A DNA stretch of 64,000 bases from Octopus sinensis. Lineage: Eukaryota. Positions within the stretch are counted from its first letter, which is position 1, and each line of letters starts with the position of its first letter. Of the stretch, positions 13,601 to 25,925 are shown piece by piece. The DNA lies in assembly GCF_006345805.1 (NCBI RefSeq), contig NC_043006.1, positions 98,394,001 through 98,458,000 on the forward strand. The letters run 5' to 3'. Under the pieces are notes generated by a model, which was not told the DNA's origin, did no database searches, and worked only from the letters and a program-made list of their open reading frames with translations. The position numbers and the translations under genes are program-made.

Positions 13601-13930
13601 TTATTTCAATCTACCATCTTCGCTTCTGCTACTGTGTGGTATTATTACATGTCGTTAAATTTCGACTTTAGTCTTTTGCTTGAGATAATCATAAATATGT
13701 GAGGGTTGAAGGGAATAGTAGGAGGAAGAGAAGCAGCTTGGCGAATAGATCAAATTCCACAGGTCTATAAATAGGTTCAGCAGATACCGAGAAGGGGATT
13801 AACAATGGACCCTCGCTTTCCTTTGCAATCAGCAGACAAATGAAGCTCTACACTCTTTGGGTCAGCAGAGGTCAAATGTGTTCACTACTACTAGCGATCA
13901 ATGAGAGCGCTGACCTTGACATTGGAAAGA
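10650..13930 (-). mobile_element. Decayed near-full-span R4/Dong-like RLE non-LTR retrotransposon with internal deletions
   Basis: The RLE domain (CLLIDMSIPCDHNISAKEFEKLRKYKGLLIE..LKTVTIPVI) is in ORF 10619-10906. Other pieces are KNAKSIAKQNAFEQLADR, RT remnants (NKRRNLSSAWGDY..AFESIPH; FCIAPVPLTREINRTG) and the N-terminal LKWTRNEY...YANVRRDIIRNKR. Many stops and frameshifts. Confidence 0.85.
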
Positions 13931-14039
13931 ACCAGTTTACATTGTTTTGTGTTTAATTACTGACAGAAAAATAATAATATATATATTCTGAAGCTTACAT
14001 CGTTGAATTTCTGAATTTAAAAAAATCTTCTTTTTATGG

Positions 14040-14102
<63 letters not shown>

Positions 14103-14576
14103 GTATGGTGGACTCGTTTGAAAGGGCTAAGGTCAGACACTTTCCACTTTGACCATGGCCTCATCAACTTTTTCAAGCTTCACTTGAAAAGGAAGGTGAA
14201 ACTAGAGAGGGAAGTGCTGTCTGATAGCAAGGATACACCTGTAAGAAAAAGGTATTACAAAAGCAGAAAGGGGCTCTCTACCCCGCTTTTGACCAGGCTC
14301 CCGTGCTTTTAGGGGTTTTTCCACCAGGAACCTTCCGAAGCGCCTCCCCCTATTGGGAATTTCAATTGTTATATTTTCGTTGTTATCTCCGGAATTTTTA
14401 AACGACTTTTACAAACTGACAAAACCCTTTGTAACTTTCGTCTTGTTTTGTCCCTAAATGTTTCTAATTGATATTTTGTCAGGCCCTGTGGCCAATAAAA
14501 GAATGTATTATTATATTATTATTATTATTATATTATTATTGTTGTTAAAATTTATTATTATTATTATTATTAGTAA

Positions 14577-14637
<61 letters not shown>

Positions 14638-14655
14638 TGTCAGTAGTAGTAGTAG

Positions 14656-14733
<78 letters not shown>

Positions 14734-14745
14734 CAGCAGAAGTAA
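14040..14745. repeat. (TTA)n, (AGT)n and (AGC)n trinucleotide arrays, interrupted by a LINE fragment
   Basis: Direct. Confidence 0.9.
14103..14503 (+). mobile_element. 5'-truncated Tx1/L1-type ORF2 3' end plus 3' UTR
   Basis: VWWTRLKGLRSDTFHFDHGLINFFKLHLKRKVKLEREVLS resembles the C-terminus of Tx1/L1-clade ORF2. It ends at AATAAAAGAA and is flanked by (TTA)n on both sides. Confidence 0.6.
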
Positions 14746-14999
14746 TAATTGTAATTTACAGGCCAATGTATCAGCTTACGGCAGTCGGACATATCAACCG
14801 ACGGACTTTAATGTTTCTATGTCTTCCTGGAAGGGGACGGAAAGTAATCGATTAAATCGTATTCAATACTCACTAAGAATTTGTATCATCGACTGCGTAG
14901 AGATTATCACATAAAGCTCAGGGCTTAGAAATCAGAACTTGTTTGGTCGTCAGTATACTTGCATAGTGATTATACTGATATATATATATATATATATTT

Positions 15000-15285
15000 A
15001 GGCGCAAGTATGCCGGTGAAACGCTTGCTTCCCAACTATAGGCCTGGAGAGTGGGTTTGGTTGACTGAAACTGAAAGCCGCCTCTCGTATATATGTGTTT
15101 GCGTCTTTGAGTCTGTGTTTGTCTCCCCACCATCGCTTGACAACCGATGTGGGTGTGTTTACATCACCGTAAACTAGCAGTTCACCAAAAGTGTTCGATA
15201 GAATAAGTGCAAGGCTAGAACATTTTATGGTGGTGCTCCAGGATGGCCACAGTCAAATGACTGAAACACGTAAAGGAATAACAGA
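15000..15285 (+). mobile_element. Old SINE family A copy, internally deleted
   Basis: Diverged head, GGAAACTGAAAG-like core and GGTGCTCCAGGATGGCCACAGTCAAATGACTGAAAC tail. Confidence 0.75.
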
Positions 15286-15314
15286 ATCTACATATATAGG
15301 CGTGCGTGTTTATC

Positions 15315-15365
<51 letters not shown>

Positions 15366-15604
15366 CGTTTGTGTATGTGCATACATGCATGCATATGTGC
15401 ATGTATATGTGTGTGCCTGTGTGCGTATATATACATATATGTTAATAAAAGGAATTCCAACCTTGTCTGATTTTCACGTTTTATTTACAATCTTATAATG
15501 ATATCAGATATAATATAATATAATAAATAAAATGAAATGAAATAAAATAAGATAAAATAAAATAATAGAATGTTAAATGTTCATTCTGATATACATATAT
15601 GTAT

Positions 15605-15639
<35 letters not shown>

Positions 15640-18191
15640 GATGTCATATCTTAAGCTATAACTAATTTCAAAATTTCACTCTGTCTCATGTTTACTACTT
15701 ATTGAATTCTGTATATCTATTAATAGATTTATCAATTCATTTGAAAATCTAATCTTTTGGAACATTTGGATAGAAATAGCTCCCAATCCAACATATAATT
15801 GATTCAATCCGTTATTCAAAATAGGTTTTTATCATATCGGTATTTAACAAAACTGTTATTAATATAGTAAATAATATTCTACAAATCTAAATATATTTCT
15901 CGCATTTTATCTCGCTTTTCTATCTTCTAAAATTATTCTCTCCGCAACCTTCTATTTATTTCCTCTCGCTCTCTCTTTCCCTCACATTCTGCATATTTTT
16001 GCCTGTAAATTTAGCTCTCAATCTTTTGCTTTTTCTGTCTATAATTACCTATCTGTCGGCCGTTCTCTCCGTTTTTCTATTGTGTCTGTTGCCTTCTTTA
16101 TCTCCCAGTCTCTGTTTATTATCTTTCTTCCACATTTTGTTCTTCAGAGCTTTTTGTTTGTTTTTGCTGAATTATATCGTTATTCATCTTCGAGTAGAAC
16201 ATTTCTAATAAATTTAAAAACAAATATCATGATGACAATTTAAACATGATAAAGATTTTGAGTATATCAAATTCCAAGAAGTGATGAGAAAACGAGTAGT
16301 GGGAGGAGCTGAGAAAAATAGTGGGAAACGGTAATATGTATGTAAGTTTATGAGTTGAAGTACGTATGTGTGTATGCGTACGCGTCTCTATGTGTGCATG
16401 GATATTGAACAATGATAAACTATGTATTTCTGTTCATATAGTTTAGAGTTATTTTTGATTATTTCAAATTAGAATTGAATAAACTAAAAAGTTACCCTAA
16501 AGCTATACGAAATTTTAATTTCTTCCAAACTTGAGAAAGAAAGTCTGGTGATAAAATATATCTAAGAACCTGAATGTAATTGTACAACGTCATTCACATG
16601 TGCATATACACATACATGACAAACAATCATACATACATAAGCGCATTCATATAAACCTATACATATATACGTACATACAGGCAATCACAAAACTCACCCC
16701 ACAATCTCATATTCTTACAACTATTACAGTTTTATATATGAACTCCCATGTGTGTAGCTATGAACATTTATCATTACAGTCGTATGAGATGTTATCAGTG
16801 TGAAAACGCGTGAATGTTTATATTGATAATTTTTACGTAAATTTTATATTTCTTTAAGAAATATAGCTATAAGCCTTATGGGACATCTCTATAAATATAA
16901 TCGATCACTACTGCGTTGTTTATTTTTAAAGTTTTGTTTCTTTTTATAAAGTTAGTAGCATTTATGTTCCATATATGATACTTCGAGCATTATATGAAAT
17001 TTTACCCTCCAAGCGAAAACTTTAATAAAAAAAAAAATTGCATTGACAATCCTAAATGTTTCTTCTGATGTGATTTCTATTCAATGTTGTTAATAGACAA
17101 AGAAATATAAGATTACTTATTCATTTCATCGATTCATAGAATTGTTTTTCATCTGTTCTGACTTTTTTTTTTGCAAGCTTTAAACGAACAGCCGAAAGCT
17201 ATATATGATAATTTTAAAAGAAATCTATCAACTATATTTGATTGCACAGATAATTGACGATCTTGACGATGATAACAAGTTAGAGGAAAATATAATTTCA
17301 AAAACAAAATAACGATAAAAATTGCATATAATATGTTTATTTCATAGATAAGATAAAAGAGTTTAGAATATTTAATTTAATTTTAAATTAATAATATACC
17401 TCAAAGGAAGCCGTCTTATGTTTAAGATTAATCGTTTTATCTTCTACGTGTCCTTTGACAAAACACTAATTCTTTTGTAAAAAACATAATTTATCATTTA
17501 AATTATACGTTTCAAATAAAATTATACATATTATATATTCTTTATAATGCCATATTTTTTAAATATCATATCACGATTATCATTATTTCGGAAATGAATT
17601 TGAATATTCACTTCATATTTGGGGAAAATATACTTTCGGAGAATATATCGTTAGTATAAATATAGTATTTTGTCGGGAAACGAACTACAAAGCCTTTCTC
17701 AAACATCTGACATATCATATGCAAGAACGAATACATTAAAGCAAAACAGACTTAAAGAAAGTGAGCGAACATATTAAAAAGAAAAAGCTGTCACATTTAT
17801 TCAGATTCCACATGCTGATATTCATTTATGCATTTGAATGCGCAAACATACTCTCACTCTTACAATCACACACACCATATAATACGATCACGTTAAAACA
17901 CCAAAGAATATCTGCAGAACCATATCAATGCATGTGTTACATATATGAATCCAGTCCTACATACACACTTTCACAAAGATGATGGTTGAGAAGTTCGCTA
18001 TACTATGACGAGTTCAACATTATTTCAGTATTATTGCTCATACATTTGAAAAAGTCTCTTGTCCTTTAAAGCTTACGTGACCTAAGTATGTATGAGGCTA
18101 TGCCTGTTGTAGTGCATGTGTTTATGATTGTATGTAAAAAAAGTATGTAAGGATGTGTCTTCGTATATATTTCGTATATACATATATATAT

Positions 18192-18619
18192 ACGTAGGAG
18201 TGGCTGTGTGGTAAGTAGCTTGCTAACCAACTACATGGTTCCGGGTTCAGTCCCACTGCGTGGCACCTTGGGCAAGTGTCTTCCGCTATGGCTTCGGGCC
18301 GACCAAAGCCTTGTGAGTGGATTTGGTAGACGGAAACTGAAAGAAGCCCGTCGTATATATATATATATATGTATGTATGTGTGTGTATATGTTTGCGTGT
18401 CTGTGTTTGTCTCTCTAGCATTGCTTGACAACCGATGCAGGTGTGTTTACGTCCCCGTCACTTAGCGGTTCGGCAAAATAGGCCGATAGAATAAGTACTG
18501 GGCTTACAAAGAATAAGTCCCAGGGTCGATTTGCTCGACTAAAGGCGGTGCTCCAGCATGGCCGCAGTCAAATGACTGAAACAAGTAAAAGAGTAAAAGA
18601 GTAAAAGAGTAAAAGAGTA

Positions 18620-18620
<1 letters not shown>
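18192..18620 (+). mobile_element. SINE family A, full length
   Basis: High identity to 4980-5390; tail is (GAGTAAAA)x4. Confidence 0.9.
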
Positions 18621-18652
<32 letters not shown>

Positions 18653-18702
18653 ATATATATATATATATGTATATATATGATATATATATATATATGTGTG
18701 TT

Positions 18703-18742
<40 letters not shown>

Positions 18743-19473
18743 ATACGAATGTAAATATACGTGCAGATAGCGTATACGGATGCTTTTCTTTGGGTTTAAT
18801 TATTTCGTCCCAAAACGGTAGACGTCTATGATTGTAGGAATACAGTTCTTGAGTATTGTGTATACATGCGGCGACTGCTGCATTTTGTGTGCAGATGTGT
18901 GCATTTGCGCGCACACGTAATTATCTGTGTGTCTGTGTGTATATCCTTGTCCTTAACCTTATTCGTATGACGAAGCTGTTCTGATTCGCTTCAAAATCAA
19001 TTGTTTCCTTCATTACTGATCATGCGCGAGTATATTGCGTATGTGCATGTCAATGTGTATCTATTTTCATTGCCGGAACTGTAAATCTATAATTCTGTAA
19101 TATTTTGCAAATTTTCAATGAGATTCACTGTTATGGAAAACTTCATAAATTCTAGGATTTTTATTAAAACATTCACATCGGTGGTAGAGACCAATACTTG
19201 ACCTGTTGCCATTACACTGCTCTGATGTGTTGTTTTTTTTATAAATTCAGAATGCTGGTCAATTATTCATAATTTTTAACGCATTCATTAATCTGGTTTG
19301 GGTAGCATTTTGAATCTATTATGGCCAATTGTTTCAGCATATATTATAGAAGGATGTAGGTACAATGTCATTCGTTTAGTAAAATTTGTGATTATTTCAG
19401 AAAGTAGATTCAGATATGTGTTATATCTTTCGTTATATTATTAATCGCGATTAATTAATAGGGTCGATATATA

Positions 19474-19518
<45 letters not shown>

Positions 19519-19679
19519 TGTATGTATGCTTGTGGGAGAAACCAAATTGAAACTACCAAGTAATGATGTAACGGACCCTTTCGAAATGACGTATTTAAAA
19601 CGACATGACTGAATGTCGTAATTACATTAAGATTGAGATGACGATATTTAGATTAATATGAAACAATCAGTCGATATAT

Positions 19680-19725
<46 letters not shown>

Positions 19726-19735
19726 ATATATATGC

Positions 19736-19980
19736 CTTTCTTTTACTCTTCTACTTTTTTATTTGTTTATTCATTTGACTAGAGTCTTGTTGGAGCATCG
19801 CCTTCAAGGGTTTGAACAAATCCACTCCAGAATTCATTTTATTTAAACCTAGTACTCATTCTATCGGCCTTTTCTGCCGAACCGCTAAGTTATGGGGACG
19901 TAAGTACACTAACACCGGTTGTGAATCGGTGATTATAGCACAAGCACAGACATAAAGAAACACACACATATATACACACA
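19736..19980 (-). mobile_element. SINE family A, 3' half (split by mariner)
   Basis: Reverse complement of the family A tail; continues at 21261-21392. Confidence 0.75.
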
Positions 19981-19990
19981 CAGATATATA

Positions 19991-20031
<41 letters not shown>

Positions 20032-20035
<4 letters not shown>

Positions 20036-21258
20036 GTTACTTCACATGAAATGTCGCATTTTAATTACTTGTTATTTCAATCATTTAAAACTTCAATTAT
20101 GTATACCTTGCATTTAATCTGACTGACAATATTGGTATACAAAATTCGTACTTACAAAACTTATTGAAATGATAACAAACAAACTATGTTGATTGATTTT
20201 CTCGTATGAGTACAAACTAGATCACTCTGCCGCAGATGCTCTACGAAATATCAAATGGTACTTTGGTAACGGCTTTGTTGACATCAAAACTGTTCAGAAG
20301 TGGTTCCAAAGCTCTCATTCAAATGACAGCTTTGAAAATAAACCAAGGGGTAGGCCAAAATCCGTTATTAGGCATGATGGATTAAATGCTTTGTTTGAAT
20401 AAAATCCGAGAACAAAGGTTCGAAAACTTTCATCAGACGTCCGAACATCTCACACAACTGATTTTGATCACCTGTCAGAACTGAAAAAGTCAAGAAAACG
20501 GATCGGTTTATTCCACATCAACTGAACGAGATTCAAAAACAGTCCCTCGAAGTGTGCTCCTTATTGCTTTCTCGGTTGGAAAATGGCAATTTTGCATCAA
20601 ATCATTACTTATGATGAGAAATGGATACTCTTTGACAACAACAACAGCAGGCGAACAGGACAACGATTAGATACATGAGAGTCACGTAAGCACTACCCAA
20701 CCCACCAATACACTCGAAAAAGTTAGTGGTCACTGTATGGTGCCCGGCGAAGGGTATTATTTATTATTGATTTTTGCAACAAGGAAATTTTGGTAACAGC
20801 AACATCGTATTGGCATGAAATTGATTGCATGCATGGGAATTTTAAAAACAAGCAACTCAGACTAATGAATGGAGATGGCCAAATTTTACTCCGCAATGCA
20901 CATCCTCACACTCCTCAAGCTACAGTATAAACATTGCAATGTCTGAATTATGAACTTTTGCCACTTCCTCCCTATTCCTCTGATATCTCTCCTACTGCTC
21001 ACCACTTATTTAAGCATTTTGAGCTTTTGATACCCAATAAAACATTCTTAAATAGAGAAGAGGTAATTGACGCATTCGGACAGTTTATCACAGCAAAAGA
21101 TGATTTTTTTTTAAAGATGGAATATATGACATAGTCAGAAATTGGGTAAACGTCATAAATGAACATGGATCACACTTTCATTAAATATATCAGTTCTCTA
21201 ACACTTCTGAAACATTTTATTGCTACTTTTCAATTACATTTTATGTGAAACAACCTAA
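20032..21258 (+). mobile_element. Full-length defective mariner transposon
   Basis: Imperfect TIRs TGAGGTTACTTCACATGAAATGT / TTAGGTTGTTTCACATAAAATGT with TA on both sides. Transposase remnants: HTH (TVQKWFQ..ENKPRGRPKS), IPHQLNE, IITYDEKWILFDN and PPYSSDISP. Multiple stops. Confidence 0.9.
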
Positions 21259-21260
21259 TA

Positions 21261-21392
21261 CAAGGGCTTCTTTTCTGTTTCCATCGACCACATCCACTCA
21301 CAAAGCTTCGGTGGGTCCGAAGCTATATTAGAAGACACTCGTCCAAGGTGCAACGCAATTCGATTGAACCCGGAACAGGTAAATCAGCGCCT
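21261..21392 (-). mobile_element. SINE family A, 5' half (split by mariner)
   Basis: CCACTCACAAAG..AGAAGACACT..CCAAGGTG..GAACCCGGAAC is the reverse complement of the family A head and core. Confidence 0.7.
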
Positions 21393-21859
21393 ATATATAT
21401 AATATATATATATACATACATACATACAAATACATATATACGTGTATTCAAATGCAATATTCGTCCTCGTGAAAAGACTATTGAGCGTATTTGAAAAGCT
21501 TATATGTCTTATTATTTTAAGCATAATGCAGAAATGTTCTCAACAAAGTCTCCAGTAAAAAACGAGTGACATTAAGAATTCAAGGCGTAATATTTGAGCA
21601 CACTCATAAACTTAATTTTATTGATTGGACAAAATCCTGACTAAATCTTATATTCCAACTAAATTTGGACGTACTGACTGAAATCACAGTTGCAATCACT
21701 GAATGACGTTAATGTTTTAGGACTCTTCTAGCCTCAATATTTATAATATAATTTATCGATTTATTCGAATCGTCCATATTACAGATTCAAATATCCCGAA
21801 TAAAATGTTAGCTCTTACATTAGAATGTAATCCCATATTATGTGCAAATATAAAATTTG

Positions 21860-22200
21860 ATTTTATCAGAATGGGCATTATGTACATTTAGAACAAATGC
21901 ACTAGCTGAAATTAACTGGCTCCCAATTTACCACTGTAAATCTAATCCCATATTCTTACAATTCGATATCAAAGGTTATGATAATCTGCTAACATTGAAC
22001 CTCATAGACCTTGATATTGTAAACCTATTCTATATTAGATAAGAAAATATAAATTACATCGTATTCAGTATACCCATCGTTTATTATAACTGATCCTTCT
22101 GGACAAATACATTCTCCATCCAAATATTTGATCGTAGAACTTGAGTACTAGACTTCCTTTGAATTTGCAGACGTTATGGCACCTGATCTCCATGAGTAAA
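21860..22200 (+). mobile_element. Very decayed PLE reverse transcriptase fragment
   Basis: FRTNALAEINWLPIYHCKSNPIFLQFDIKGY resembles the PLE RT motif W.NT..VI.WF....K....FIQFDI..FY. Confidence 0.45.
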
Positions 22201-22318
22201 TAGCACAATTTCTCACATGAAAACCCATATCATGCATGAGATAACAGGCTCTTATGAACAAAGAACTCTAACATTATTTAACATACAGAAAAGAAAGAAT
22301 TTATTGCGTTATTAATAA

Positions 22319-22729
22319 ACTAGCAGTATCGCCCGGCGTTGCTCGTGTTTGTAAGGGAAATAACTATATAAGCATTTTTAGAGAGATACTTCCCTTATAT
22401 AATAGCAAAATAAATGCATTGAAAATGGAAAAAAATGATGGTAATTTTTTTTTAAATCGTAGACTCATCGTAGACATGTTTAGAGAGTTACTTCCCTTAT
22501 ATAATAGCAAAACAATGCATTAAAAATGGAAAAAATGATGCCAATTTTTTTTTTTAATCGTAGACTCATCGTAGACGCGCGCTAATACCCAGGATACCCA
22601 GGGCTCGATATGAAACACGACTATAAGATACCCGGTTTTGGTTAAACTGCACCGCAAAATGTGGGAGTAGTTAGGAATCTAAATCGTAGGAGACAGACAG
22701 CACACAACCTCACTTTTATATATAAAGAT
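22319..22729 (+). mobile_element. Non-autonomous Helentron/Helitron-type element (HINE/DINE-like)
   Basis: Starts ACTAGCAGTATCGCCCGGCGTTGCTCG and ends AGACAGACAGCACACAACCTCACTTTTATATATAAAGAT, typical HINE termini. Contains an internal ~100-bp tandem duplication. Confidence 0.7.
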
Positions 22730-22980
22730 ATTGGTCTAACAAATAAGGTACATCCTAAACTGATTGCCGCTAACTTCCTACAACTGATTTTCAAACTCAC
22801 TATTGCCAATGAATCTGCATTAAATAAATAGTAAGCTGTAAATATGGCATATCAAGCCATTTCAGATTTTATTAACTTTTTAGTTAGGAGGATATATAGC
22901 TGAAACGATGTATTTTCCCATCTAATAACCAAGAGTTCAAAGATTCATTTATATTTTGATACGAAGTTGCATAGGAGTAT

Positions 22981-23387
22981 ACTCTTTAACTCTTTTACTT
23001 GTTTCAGTGATTTGACTGCGGCCATGCTGGAGTACCGCCTTTATTCGAGGAAATTGATCCCAGGACGTATTCTTTGTAAGCCTAGTACTTATTCTTTCGA
23101 CTCTTTTGCCGAACCGCTATGTTACGGGGACGTAGACACACCATCATCGGTTGTCAAGCGAAGTTGGTGGGGGAAACTCAGACTCAAAAACAAACACACA
23201 CAAATATATACATAGACATATATACGACGGGCTTCTTTAAGTTTCTGTTTACCAAATCCACTCACAAGGTTTTGGTCGGGCCGAATCTAGAGTAGAAGAC
23301 ATTTGTCCAAGGTTCCACGCAGTGGGACTGAACCGGGAACGATGTGGTTAGTAAACAAGCTACTTACCACACAGCCACTCCTGCGCC
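22981..23387 (-). mobile_element. SINE family A, full length
   Basis: Reverse complement of the family A sequence. Confidence 0.9.
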
Positions 23388-23400
23388 TAAAATATGTGTG

Positions 23401-23514
23401 ATGCTTTCAGTACCTAGCTTTCCGAAGTGGTCACCCATCTAAATACTAACTAGGCTCGACGTTGCTTAACTTCGGTGATCGGACGGGAACCGGTGCTTTC
23501 AACGTGATATGGCT
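23401..23514 (-). pseudogene. 5S rRNA: 5S rRNA pseudogene
   Basis: Minus strand reads GCCATATCACGTTGAAAGCACCGGTTCCCGTCCGATCACCGAAGTTAAGCAACGTCGAGCCTAGTTAGTATTTAGATGGGTGACCACTTCGGAAAGCTAGGTACTGAAAGCAT, clearly metazoan 5S. About 7 nt are missing at the 5' end, the C box is mutated and there is no oligo-T terminator. Confidence 0.9.
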
Positions 23515-25597
23515 TTTTTAGAAAGCAATAAAAAGCAAAAGGAAAATAACTGCTGGTGTCTAATAATTTAGATGAACCTAGTAATACTGATAAAACTCAC
23601 ATTAGCTTACTAAAACACTCATCACCGAACATATATATGTGTGTGTGACTGTGGGTGTGGGTGCACACGCGTTTCTATGTGTATAGATATTTATTTATAT
23701 TATATTTTTTATAGACGTAATGTCTTTGTATTTACCGTTCCCAGTTTAACCCAAAGGCCGCTGCTAATCTTCTTAAGAATGAAAAATAAAACTATTATTG
23801 ATTCACCTAGCTGCAATTGAACCATTTCAAATAACTTTCCTACACCTGCAACTGTTTGATGCTACCATATGACGCAAATGCCACTACCATCATCAAATCG
23901 TATTAATCAGCAGTAGTTCAAACTTAGATATTCAAACTATACGCGTTTAGTTTACAATGCTGTCGTTTCAAAATATATCTTGAGTTTCAACCGGTAATAC
24001 ATTATTCAGTATAACTTGAGAACTGCTTCACTTCACTAAACACACACGCTCTATATCTGTCTATAAACATTCCTTCAAACTGCAAGCAGCATCGCTTCAA
24101 ATTAAATCCAGGCAAATTGCTACATAATTTACTGATTAGCAAAACAACTTACTGCAAAACCAAATCAAAGGAAAAATATATTTGGTTTATATTTACGTAT
24201 AGTTTACATATTTCTTGAGATATACAGCGCTGAGTATCTCATAGCTTTCCAACAATTCTATGGAATATATTTGGTAACTGTTTCTAATTTTCTCCATAAA
24301 AGATTTTATGAAATATATTAAGGAAACATATATATATACATTTATAATTTCTTCTACACAAATGTATGGTTTTTAATGTGTTCTTCCTTGGCCCAATATT
24401 TATGATCCAGTGTCCATACTGCTGTGCGTAAACAGCCCAAGCACTGTATACCCGAGATGCACGTGATTTCTATTTAAATACTATTTTGAGACAATGAATA
24501 TGATATTGCAATTAGCTGAGACTGTGTAGACAATTAATGAATTAACACAAAGCATTAATATGATGCATATCTTATAAAATATTATTGACTAAGAAATCGA
24601 TGAAAACAATAACCATACAGAGAATATAGTTGCTTTCTTTTAAACAAGCTCGCTAGCTCGGGACATTCAAATTACAGTCATCAGAAAGATCGCAGCAATG
24701 TGCAAGTCTAGTTGTGAAAAGAATTCCGTATTAAATAAAATACCAAGTGTGGGGTGGGTAGAGGTGCACGAATGTGTGCGTGTACTTCTGTGCTCCTACC
24801 TCTGGTCATATTGGTAGGAAAACAATGCTATTAATCACTATAAAGCGCAGAGTTTCTAAGGTGTCGAGAATTTTGCTCATTGGAATTTACCAATTTATGA
24901 TTCTATGAACGTACAAATTCCTCTCTCAATTCGTGTTTAAAACATGCGGATGGCCCATAAATGTCGTGATACTTATGTATGTACTTACAAAAACATTCTT
25001 GAAGCATAAATTTTTAAATACGGTAATGCATGAAAGTTCTCCGATTATACAAATCATCCAAATTGAACGCAAAGTACATGACAATGCAGGGGTGATAGCA
25101 ATTAAGAAAAATTATTTCCCCTGTATCTGTGATTTCGTTCTAAAATCCCAAATAGGCTCGTGTAATTTCGTGCATTCTTTTCTAAAATTACGCGAACACG
25201 CGCACTTTTATTGATTCTTACGAAGAGAGCGAAAATTTTTTCCACATTAAACCATTGCTGGCATTTTTAATCTCCACACATAAACACATATACATGTATG
25301 TACACGTGAATATATGTATATACACACATACACACATACATACATACATATCTGTTTCAATTTTAATTTAATTAAATTCGATGTCCTTTTGCAGCTGAGG
25401 ATTGCTCTGCATTAAAATTGATGTAATGGTTGCATTGTTCAATTAAATGGAGTTGCGTGAAACGATCGTACTGGATATCCTTGTTGGTTTATTTATATTC
25501 TAATGACCTTATTTGAAATCGTATGGATAATACCGTACTAAATTCTGGTGTCTCAACATAAGTACCTTATCATCTGAATCTAAAGTTTTGCTGAACT

Positions 25598-25599
<2 letters not shown>

Positions 25600-25633
<34 letters not shown>

Positions 25634-25640
25634 ATATATA

Positions 25641-25694
<54 letters not shown>

Positions 25695-25778
25695 TCTGTG
25701 TGTGTGTGCATGTATACATGTATACATGTATACATGTATATATATATATATTATATAATATATATATATATATATATA

Positions 25779-25816
<38 letters not shown>

Positions 25817-25853
25817 TCTGTGTGTGTGTGTGCATGTATACATGTATACATGT

Positions 25854-25904
<51 letters not shown>

Positions 25905-25925
25905 ATATATATATACTATATATAT
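25600..25925. repeat. (TA)n array containing a ~120-bp tandem duplication with (CATGTATA)n units
   Basis: GCCTCTGTGTGTG..CATGTATACATGTATACATG occurs at ~25692 and ~25814. Confidence 0.85.

Noticed and set aside
13859-13917. HDV-like ribozyme (GGGTCAG...CTGACCT pairing)
   Set aside because: Only P1 can be formed; no P3/L3, P1.1 or J4/2 elements in either orientation
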